From Veleropilina oligotropha (taxonomy: Eukaryota), in the NCBI GenBank assembly GCA_048128005.1, contig JBEUKZ010000127.1, positions 372,001 to 436,000 on the forward strand: a stretch of DNA of 64,000 nucleotides. The letters run 5' to 3'. Below the pieces are notes generated by a model that worked only from the letters and a program-made list of their open reading frames with translations, had not been told where the DNA came from and searched no databases. Shown here piece by piece: positions 53,849 to 64,000 of the stretch. A program made the position numbers and the translations under genes. Each line of letters opens with the position of its first letter. Position 1 is the stretch's first letter.

Positions 53849-54312
53849 GAAGTCATTTTGAATAAAAAAATTTGCACAGACCAGTATGAGTGAGCAATTG
53901 CTTTAAGTTGGATCGGATTAAACATAAACACATAATGAGAATAGAATGATACGACTACAGAGACATATAGCGAAAACACATACATGAGAAACAGTACATA
54001 CATAATCAATACAATCGGTGTGTCTGAAGAAGACATGTAAGTGTGGGTATCGTGAGGGCTCTAATTATTTCATATGCAAAGTACCATATATGTTAAATCA
54101 TGTATTTTAAATAATATAGATAATGTTTATAAGACTTTATCCAAATAATAATCATGCATATAATAATGTTGTGTACTCTCAATATCATATTATTGAAGAC
54201 GTTTTAAATGAGATTATTTATATATTGGCCTAGATGTTCATTTGATTATTACAGTATCAAACAATTAGCATGTACTTAAGTTAACGTATTATAAGGTAAA
54301 GCTCTGACAAGC

Positions 54313-55110
54313 TCAGTAGTCAACTGGGAAAGCAATGGAAAGATCTTCAAGGCTTCTTACCAGGATTGGGTCGCTGTGCGAGGTTTTTTTGTAGAATGGC
54401 TTTCCGTCGAATGTCCAGAAGCTCTCTATTAGTTTCAGTTTGTAGATTTCATTCAACCTGGAGATGATGCGAGCTCGGTATTTCGTTAAATCTTCTACTA
54501 AAAATATTTTATCAGGAAAGTTTTTGAGTTCTCGTTTGGCTCGAAAGACAGCATTTCGTGTCCTGTATCCAGAAAATCTGCAAATTATGCCGACTCTTCC
54601 TCTGTGATCTGGTTTGCTCACAAGGTGTGATCTATCAATGTCGTTCATTGTTAACGGTAATTTTAGGACATTGTTGCATATATCAAGAACGTATGCATCT
54701 GTGTCGAGCGTAGAACGATCACCTCGCATTGGCCTCTTTTTGATGGTTTCCAAGGGAACGTTCTTAAATCTGAGACTAGTTCTGCGGCTATATTGTTCCA
54801 AGTCATCCAAATATTGTTCGGCTCTACAGATTCTGGCATTATGGTTCATGATGGTTTCTTGTTGGCTATTGTTTATTTCTTGTAAATTTTGCACTTCTTG
54901 ATTCAGCTTTTGGATTTCGTGGGTATGCACTTTATCATTTTTAATGTATTCGTCTAATTTATTTGTGATACGTTCCAGCATCTCTTTTTGTTCCTTAATA
55001 ACCGTTAACAGTGGAGCGCTTGTCTTTTCCACGATTGTGTTGATTAGCTGAACAAGTCCTGGTGTGATCGTTATGTCGGCGGTTAATTCAGTTTCTTCAG
55101 GGATATTCAT
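54313..55110 (-). CDS. LINE ORF1 protein (coiled coil + RRM-like, L1-ORF1-like)
   Basis: 265 aa; coiled-coil region followed by LDDLEQYSRRTSLRF, DIDRSH, IICRF and IFLVEDLT; lies upstream of ORF2 on the same strand. Confidence 0.9.
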   Translation of the reverse strand: MNIPEETELTADITITPGLVQLINTIVEKTSAPLLTVIKEQKEMLERITNKLDEYIKNDKVHTHEIQKLNQEVQNLQEINNSQQETIMNHNARICRAEQYLDDLEQYSRRTSLRFKNVPLETIKKRPMRGDRSTLDTDAYVLDICNNVLKLPLTMNDIDRSHLVSKPDHRGRVGIICRFSGYRTRNAVFRAKRELKNFPDKIFLVEDLTKYRARIISRLNEIYKLKLIESFWTFDGKPFYKKTSHSDPILVRSLEDLSIAFPVDY

Positions 55111-55316
55111 TTGTGTCTCAGTGATCTTTGTAGATTTTGGTGCAGATGATAATCCTGGTGATGTGCGGTCGCGTTTTCACGACCGTGAGCAGAACTGTAG
55201 GCATAACAAGTAGGCATGATTTGGAGAACATGTTTATGTGAATGCCTGTTTAATTAGTACCCCGTGGGCAAAATTACGTCGATATAACGTTGAAACAACG
55301 TTAAGCTCGATATTGT

Positions 55317-55757
55317 AACAAGAACGACGCGTTCGAAATATGTCTTGACCTTTCTTTATTTCCCTCAAATTTTCATAACAGTTAATACAATGGATAAGTG
55401 CAAGTACTTCATGGCTTAATTTACTAACCCGTCGATTGTGACGTCACCAAATGACGATTAATCTAAGGCTACGTCGTAATGACGTCATTGCCATTTGCTT
55501 GCAATATTAGACATCCAGTATATACAAATATGGATAAAAGTGCTCAATAAATGCATATTTTTGCAACATTGTGTCGCGAAAGTAATATACACGACCTACA
55601 AATACTCTTGGGAATGTGTGTACCAATTTTGGTGAAAATTGAGCGGGTAGTTTTCAAATAAATCGACGGATATATATATATATATAAGTATATAAGTATA
55701 TACACACGGACCATTTGATAATGTCTTGTCTGTTTTTACAAAAATGTCAAGACATAA
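55317..55757 (-). mobile_element. HINE/Helentron-type element family 2, third copy, nested in an AACGTT-rich repeat element (~55258-56207)
   Basis: Matches 37714-38190 with more divergence. Confidence 0.8.
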
Positions 55758-58700
55758 AAACGTCGAATGATCTTCGAATTTGAAAGTTTTCAATACCTGA
55801 TAAATCAACGTCGAATCAATGTCAGATTGCAACGTTGTAACAACGTAGTTATCGCATGCGATTTCAACAATGTAACAACATCTTCTCCCAACGTCCACTC
55901 GACGTCTGCGCCGACATTGGAATGACGTTGGAAATTGATTGGATTTGAAAGTTTTTAAAACGTCAGAAATTCACGTCATGTCACTTTGACATTTCAACAT
56001 TGTAAAAACGTTGTTAAAGAGTAGTTATTTAACGTTGCGGTAGCGTCTTCTCCCAACGCTTACGCAACGCCATGTCCCGACATATGGAGGGGCTGGAAAT
56101 TGATTGGATTTGAAACTTTTGTAGAGATAAAAATTCCCTGTCGTTTCAATGCCATCGTTGAACGTAGGTTTTCGCTGATACCGAATGGACGTCGATGTCT
56201 TGAGGGTGTCCATTTTCTATCTTTGAGACAAGAGGCAACAGTATCTGCTGCATAAACATATATGGCATCAGGTTTTAGTATGTTTTCAAATAGTGAATGT
56301 GTGAATGACCATCTGATGATAGAATGGACAAGAGTGCGACTTTCAATTCATTCACCTGACTGGCCTGATTTACATGAATAGGTTAGAATCATTACTATTG
56401 ACAACGTTATTCAGTTAGCAATCACAATTTTTCAGAACTAGTGGGTTTTCCTTGTTACCGAACTTTCCCAATGACAAAGAGTCGTTATTTTAGTCTCAGA
56501 TTTGGATAACTTCCAGTGAAACTTACGTCTAGAAATAATGGCCTACCTCAGACAACAATATATTTATACTTATATTACGTGGGATATTTTATATCGCTGC
56601 AACTTAACTTAGTTGCATATGAAAGTAGTATCATGTTCGCATTTGATACCAACTAATACTTGCCGCTTCGACAGTACAGTGGTATCGCTTGTGGACTCCG
56701 AAAATCACTGACTTGATTCTACTGACGCGAACTGTAGTGGGTTCAAACCTCGGCAGGGGCAGCACATATTTGTTCAAATTATGAATCACATTTGTCGGTA
56801 ACTGGTCGGAGAGGGCGGATTTACCCGGGAGACCGGGCTTTCCTCCAGCGACAATACGGACATGTCCTGCTTTTAACCAAATGATGGTTGGAAATATACA
56901 TGACATTAAGCATCGATCCTTTCCTTACCAACTAATAATAGTTTATCAGCATGTTACAGTATCCGGTTCATATACTAATATCGAATAGAAAATGCGTATT
57001 GAAAAGTCCAGACATTGTGCATGGCCGCAATCACGATGAACCGTAATGTTTCTTTTATTAATAAGTCCAGTTCAGGATTTACGGTGAACACAATGTTTCG
57101 TAAAGATTAAAACTACAACGCGGTTTTGTAAGGTTGGCACGAATATTAACAATGACTTAATCTAGAACGGACAGCATGGTGGTCAGCGTCCTTTATGAAG
57201 GTGGTGTTCACCTAAAAATCACAACACGGTTGTGTAAAGTAGACATAACACACCTTGATTTTGATGTACAGCAGACAGCCGGGCGGTCACAGACACTTAT
57301 GGAGGTAGTGATCACATAACAATTCACATATAAGACCGTTCATTATAAAGTGTACATAAACACATGCGTGACTAAATGAAATGAACCATGCAATCACAAA
57401 ATATATCAATTATTTATTGAACAAATATTTAAAAAGTAACCAAAACTACAGAAATACGATATACCATTTCGAGTAGCACGGTTCCAATTCAATCCAGCTC
57501 GAAGGCGATCCTTTTTGATTTCTAGTATCCCCGTGTGGCATTTCTAAAATAAAAATAAATTGAATTTGCATCAGAACTGGAAATGTACTTGCGCACATCG
57601 ACGCCGTAGGACAACAAATTAAATTTGCATCAGAACTGGACATGTACTTGCACACATCGACACCGTAGGACAACAATCTTGTAACTGGGATATGAACGAC
57701 TTATTACAATTTTGTCAATCGGAATATCATGTAGATTACATATATAAAATTTGATAGAAGCACATGTATATATAATAATATTGGGATGGGGAGATCTAAA
57801 CGCATCCGCATCTTTTGTATATTATTAATTCCGGACAAGGGTCAGGTTCATGGTTTTGTGACAGTTCTGTAATACTAGTATGTGATTTGAAAACGTGACC
57901 ATAATTATTGAAAGTAGAGATTTATAGTAAATGCATGTGAGCGGTTATGCATAACTTCTCACGTTTAATGCCATATCTACATCAGCAATACCGTACACCT
58001 TTTGTCTCAACATGACAATATATCAAAATCAACATAACATTATTCGCGACATTGTACGGTCTACAAATATTGTATAACTTCGTCGCAGCGTAAATTCTTC
58101 GAATACTCAACATTGCTTCAGCGTAATAATGTCGCACCGGTAGCCGAGTGGATTAGAGTGAATTTAAGTCTCATAATTTACTTCCTTTATTGCTCTGACT
58201 ATCAGGAGTGGGATCGAACATTGGCGGAAGTATTCTTTATCAGTCACTAGTCACAGTTATGTATAACTGTCCGGTGAGGTTGGATTTTTCCGGGCGATAA
58301 TAAGGGCATATTCGGGTTGCTAAAACCACATGCAACAGTTTGCATCAACCTATTCGATATAACGTTGTTCCGTGAACGTTGTAACTGGATTGTACCTTAG
58401 TATAATTTCATCGCGACGCAGGCGTAAATACTTTGAACAATCAACGTTGTTTCAGCGTGAAAATTCGACGTCGACATACGTTGATCCTTGGACGTCGCAG
58501 CGACGTTGTACAACGGCGCCTACTTGCCTGATCATACTTACACAGACACTCGCGCACGATAGACGACGCGTGCATGTGAAGGAATAGCAGACGTTGGAAG
58601 TTAATAACTTTCTTCAGAGAAATAACCGATATCAAACAACTTTTCTGTCATGAATAACGCCAACCATAAATATATGAAAGTAATATTGGTAAGTTTTAAC

Positions 58701-60036
58701 AACAATAAGTATAAAATATTCTAAAGCAAACCGCTTATAGTACATATAGTTTGGCAATTTCTATTATTTATGGAAGTTATCATTTAGTTAGTTAGTTTAG
58801 CTATATTCAAGAAACTCTTATTTTTAAGTTCATTGTGGCCACATTAACATATATGAATATTCATATGTTACGAATGTTTATAGTCATTTTAATTATGCTT
58901 TCATTGATTTATAAGATCTCGTTCCGACAGCAGTCGTGAGACATTTGCTTGATAGTAAAAGTTGTGACATTTATCAATGAAAAAAGTAGTCCCGTGACCT
59001 GACATCAGCAGACTGCTATTGTCCAATCAAAAATGAGGGTTGGGGGTCAACTGTTTATCCAACACCCGTAATATACGAGATTTTTACTAAACACTAATAT
59101 CCTCAACACCTGAGTAATAAAAATTAATATTATGAAGTACAAATTAATATTATGAAGTACAAATTCAATAAAATGAAGGACTATTTTGCAGTAATATTAT
59201 CTTATGTGCGTTGAAAACATGTTTCATAATAATTAATTGTGGCAAAGAACCGTAATGATCATCCTAAAATTGTCTATCTGCTTATGTTGTCATTTAACAT
59301 GAGTTTACTCTTGAAATATTAGCAGCTTTGGGATTACAATTCGTCTTTTTCGAATTATTTGTCAATAATGTATGTGCTATCAGTTTTAATTTAAATGAAT
59401 ATTTTGTTTGTGGTAAAGAGTGTATTTCCATTATATTTATTTTGTGTTGAGTTTTGTTAAGTACGAATCCATTATGCGAACTCCTTATGAATAATAGAAA
59501 TCCAGAAATAAGACCTGCATGGTGTGCAGAAATACAGCATATATGTTGTAGATTTGGATGATAGCTTAACATTCCCCATAAAGAGCAATCTCTAAATGTG
59601 ATAACTTTCGTCACGACTTCATATTTGGTAAAAGTACATTTAGAAAATTTAATTCACCTTATGTATACTTTAACCTGCATCAGAAGTAGAAATGCATCCA
59701 AAGTTTACTTAAAGTGATATTGAAGTTGTAATATATTCCTGATCGGTGCAAAGTATTCCAATTACATGTATATTATGAAATAATAGTTTAAACATGAATT
59801 CCTAGCTGAGGTCATTGTGGGTTTGTACTTTACATTGAAAAACATGTCCCAAACTGGAGGAACTCTGGTAGGAAGGTCTTTTGACTACACTTGTAGCAAT
59901 TTATTTGGACAGAAGAAGATTGTATGTACATTATATGGACAGAGTATTGAAACGATCAGCAAACATTTAAAAAATGACCTCTTAAAAAGAATTGCTGCAT
60001 TTTCGTGAGAAACACCCATGTATATATATAACTGAC

Positions 60037-60236
60037 CTGTCGCTTGTCAATGCTCCAGGTGCCCTTCTATGATCTTGTATTGTAAATATAAATTAGTGGT
60101 GCAGAATTTGAAATCTTGGGTGTTTTGTGTATGGAAGTCGAGTTTGAGGAAGCCCTGTGGATAGTTCCAAAGAACATCTCCACGAGTGCAGCTGGTATTA
60201 CCCGTTATCGTCATCGTATTTCCAGGTACAGGTCCC
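60037..60236 (-). pseudogene. Meteorin-N-domain paralog C, copy 3 exon (premature TGA)
   Basis: GPVPGNTMTITGNTSCTRGDVLWNYPQGFLKLDFHTQNTQDFKFCTTNLYLQYKIIEGHLEH*; TGA at 60049-60047; splice sites retained. Confidence 0.82.
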
Positions 60237-60847
60237 CTACAATAATAATATAGTCTTTATGTAATTCACAAGCAGAATAAATGTGTATTAATATTGTACC
60301 GATGGCATCCTAACAATCAAAGTGCATTCTCATGTAACTTTTATTAGTTGAGCCGTTTACGGAGAAACTATTGTATTGAGGCTGTGTGTCTGTCTGTGTG
60401 GTGGTGTATGTCCACGATGACTTTACATGGCTCAACTATGCTTCCTCGCGGATGCGCTTGTTATTAGTTGAGAACATAGTGCACGGTATCGCGCTTGCAT
60501 GACACCCGATTCACGTATAAATTATTATCACTATCGACAGACATGCAACAGTGGTTAGAATCTGGAAAATTCCCTTTCTTTAAATACAAACTCTTTTAAT
60601 TTATTGACAATGATACAGAACTGTTTATCGCTGAGGATCTTACTGGAGCGCACACATAATACAAATCACAAAAGCAGATAGTATGTTATTACTATCAACA
60701 ACATCCCATGTTTCCTCTTACGAACGATGTTAACTCTTCTCATATATTTATTTTTTAATTGAAAGATAAAAGGTAAAGTATTCGAAAACGAACATAGGTT
60801 ACGTTAAATTAACAGTTTGTGGCAATACAAAGTTGTCTGGGTGTAAA

Positions 60848-63800
60848 TAGTCCGGGATTCGCCAATGCAAATTACAGTCAACCTTGTTTTTTCATATATA
60901 TACACTTGTTTCATCGTTTCTATAGTAATTTGACCTGCTGAATCCGAATTCGATGAGTGCCAGATCAAAATCCTTGAGCATTTTTGAGAAAATGGAAAAA
61001 TCCAAGATGGCCGCTGCCGCAACATGAAAATCTATTAATCTCTGTGGCTGGTGATGGTATTATCATGAAAGAAATTATATTTCCTTTATTTTCAGATACA
61101 ATTAATATAATATAATCATCGTTAACGAAATCAATGATAATCTTCCAAAATGACGGCCGTATTTACATAATAATCCAAGATGGCCGCCGCTAAATAGTGA
61201 ACATCGGTAACAAAATATCAAGATGTAAACTTTAATAAGGGGTATTTTGTGTTCGGATATATATCTGAAAATCTCAAATGCTACGATAGTACTAATTAGC
61301 TGTTATATTGTTGGACTTACATGTGAATGATGGGGTGTCTCTAATGTGCCGTACAAACAAGCATACCCTCATTAAGTCGTCTATATTGAAGTTTGAGAAA
61401 TGCAAATGACAAGTGTGTGAGATTTGAATATGGATTCAGTTATGTATAGGTTAGATTTTAGCGTCTTATCAAAATAGAAGGCAAGTCCGTAGGACGAGCG
61501 TACTTTTTGATAAGGGGCTACAATCTGCCGTCTAACCGACTTAGAAGCTCCATTTCATTTCTCCACACAAATTAATTCCTATTGTCAAATTTAATAAACT
61601 GTTTATATTTTCGAAACATATATTCATTACTAAACATTTTGCTTTTTTAACATTATATTAAGAAAATGCATATGAAGACTATTACTTGTCACCGTATTTC
61701 TAATAATAGGTAAGGTATCGCGAACAAAAGACCTGGCAAGTGCCATCTTCAGCAATAAGTGGCAAATAATACAGCTCTCTCATTAGCCGAGAAATGAAGT
61801 GGGATTCTAAATAATAGAGATGTAATAATATACATATTGCACGAAAATTCCAAATGTACTTCAGACGATAAAACATGCTGACGACATTACACATCATGAC
61901 GAAGCGTTTGGGGGGAACCATATTTTACTATTCAACGAACAATATATTATGTGGAGAAGCGTGCGAAGATTTGTCCCAACAAATATTCGGTTATAAGAAA
62001 GGGAATATTTGTCAACAGCAGGTAGAAGAGAATAGCGTATATTTAAAGAAGCAATCCCCGCGAGAGATAAGGCCAGATCATATGTTGCAATTGGAATACT
62101 TGATGTTGTATTTGAATCCAGTGATTTGCACGCCGCTGAAGCACGTTACCTGAAAGACTACATTTGAAGATTTTTCACTAATTCACCTTCACATTCCAAA
62201 GCTGACGAAATCGATGACAAATCTTTGAATGCACAGGTGAAATCTGAATGATTAATTAATCACGTATATTGAACAACTATATCAAATAACATTGCATGTC
62301 GACCTCTTTGCCCAATTCTTCCTTCGACTTGAGGAATGCTAATGAAATTTGAAATATGCTTACTATGGTCTTTACTGCAACCGCTATATTCAATGCCTGC
62401 CCACTCCTTCCTCCAAAAGTTCATGAAAGGTGAACATCCCACGTATCATCAAATTGGCGTATGGATTCAGGAACGGTAGATAGGCTAATCTCTTCATTGA
62501 GACCGCACACACACGTACGCCATTGACACGGTCCTTCTGATACCATCATATCGATTATCTACTTTGATTGAATCTACTCTTTTAATTTGGACACACTCTC
62601 CACTCTCTTGGACAGTTGAAAACAGATTTGGAAGCACAGAAAAGTGACGAAGTACCACAAGAAGTCCGCTGACACAAAGAAAAGGACCGATGCTTAATGT
62701 CCAGTATATTCACAACCATCGGGTTCAAAGCAATACATGACCATATTATCGCGGAAGGAAATCCTGGTCTCCCGGGAAATCAGCCATCTCCGACTAGTTA
62801 CGGACAACTGTGATTCATAACTGAACAAATAATGTCATTTCCCAACCGAGATTCGAACCACTACTGTTCGTGTCAGCGGAATTAAAGGCAGTGAGTTTTC
62901 GGAGTCCACAAACGAAACCACACAACTACATGTCGAAGTGGCCAACCAATACTTGAGATCTGCATTCAAATCATTTTCGAACAGAGTGGGGAAATACGAT
63001 GACCTTAACAGTCTGTTTTGAACAACAACGTAAAAGTTGAGCAAGGTATGCATAACAAGGTGCATAATTAAATCCCCAACGGTGGTAATTCTCGGTGACC
63101 GTGTTATTATATATGGCCATCCATTGGCACTCTCAACAACAAAAATATCAGCCCAAGTGAATGTTTCCGTTGTCAGCCCCATGTTTTTGTTTGATCGATA
63201 CAATTCTTTGAGTGCCAAATCTGTTTAACATGTTTTTAAAAACATGTTGCAGAACAAACTCTCAAAAGAGGCACCATTTCTTAAACAATAAAAGGTCTGG
63301 AATGTCACTGCTAACGAAGAATAAATCATAAAGAGTGCTGTCAACAGATCATGTGATATAACGGTACCTGATAACTTATTGTCACCGGATCTGATCCACA
63401 TCCCATCGAAGTTGAAGTGGGACAACAACAATTTGCAGTAACACATGAAGAAGCGAATGTCGTTATGATATATCTTACGATATATGCATATAGCAGGGCA
63501 CTCACATATCAAAGTAGTTCTGGTGGCATGAATGTGCTTATTGTTTCTCATCACTTGCATGCTCGAACTAGCGGGAGTCCAGAAACACTCGAATTAATCT
63601 TGAGTCATGTGCTAGAAATTGTGCTTTCATCAACAACAATGAGGTCGCGTTGAATGGGGAAGGGTCATGAATGCATTTGCACCACTGTACCACAAGTGCA
63701 CATAATGCCAGGTCATCTGACCGCTCATTTTGGAGTTTTCAATATTGGAAATGGAGTTTTCAATACTCTATATGCACTCTGGTTGCAGAACATCAATTTG

Positions 63801-64000
63801 TTCTTGCGCCAAATATGCATTAGCTTTCTGTGAATTCAGTAAATGCCAAAAGTGAGTGACGACAAAATCTAGTCCTGCACGCTAAGAAATATTTTCCACG
63901 TATGTGCTACTATTGAATATGATTTATTTCAATTTTGTGATTTCGATCATATATTTCGCAATGTCACAATTTTAATTTGATTTTATGGGTCCATACGTTA
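60848..64000. mobile_element. Academ-like DNA transposon (copy 3, truncated by the window)
   Basis: Left terminus tagtccgggattc and internal sequence match copy 2. Confidence 0.65.

Larger units (their letters stand above)
50006..55200 (-). mobile_element. full-length two-ORF non-LTR retrotransposon, CR1/L2 group (Crack/Daphne-like)
   Basis: ORF1 + APE-RT ORF2 + long 3' UTR ending AATAAA(TATC)n at ~50006-50033. The 5' boundary is approximate. Confidence 0.92.
32570..64000. repeat. tandem segmental triplication: unit 1 ~32570-45000, unit 2 ~45000-60020, unit 3 from ~60020 to the window end
   Basis: Near-identical ORFs and landmarks recur (34283/46689/61700; 42460/57446; 44278/59294; 36314/48207/63225). 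Periods are 12431 and 15022 bp at the paralog-C exon; length differences come from copy-specific indels. Confidence 0.97.

Overview
AT-rich eukaryotic (animal, probably marine invertebrate) genomic DNA with spliceosomal introns and a heavy repeat load. Most long ORFs in the track are repeat artefacts. 1-7563 is a near-perfect 287-bp tandem array in which every unit carries a tRNA-like Pol III cassette (A box, B box, cloverleaf, TTTT terminator) with a non-canonical anticodon loop. 8-12 kb holds a decayed LINE and a decayed C-type-lectin + PAN/Apple-like gene. 12789-18046 is a 24-bp GC-rich minisatellite. An intact 4-exon secreted atypical Kazal-domain gene lies at 19529-21547 (-). From 25.9 kb onward is a cluster of small secreted genes resembling only the N-terminal domain of Meteorin/METRNL: one intact 139-aa gene, one divergent opposite-strand paralog, and three decaying copies carried on a 12-15 kb tandem segmental triplication. 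Decayed NTR-like exons sit between the first two. The triplicated unit also carries an Academ-like DNA transposon, HINE/Helentron-type elements, SINEs and, in one copy, a full-length CR1/L2-group LINE with a single nonsense codon. All family assignments come from motif recognition and manual splicing, not database searches.
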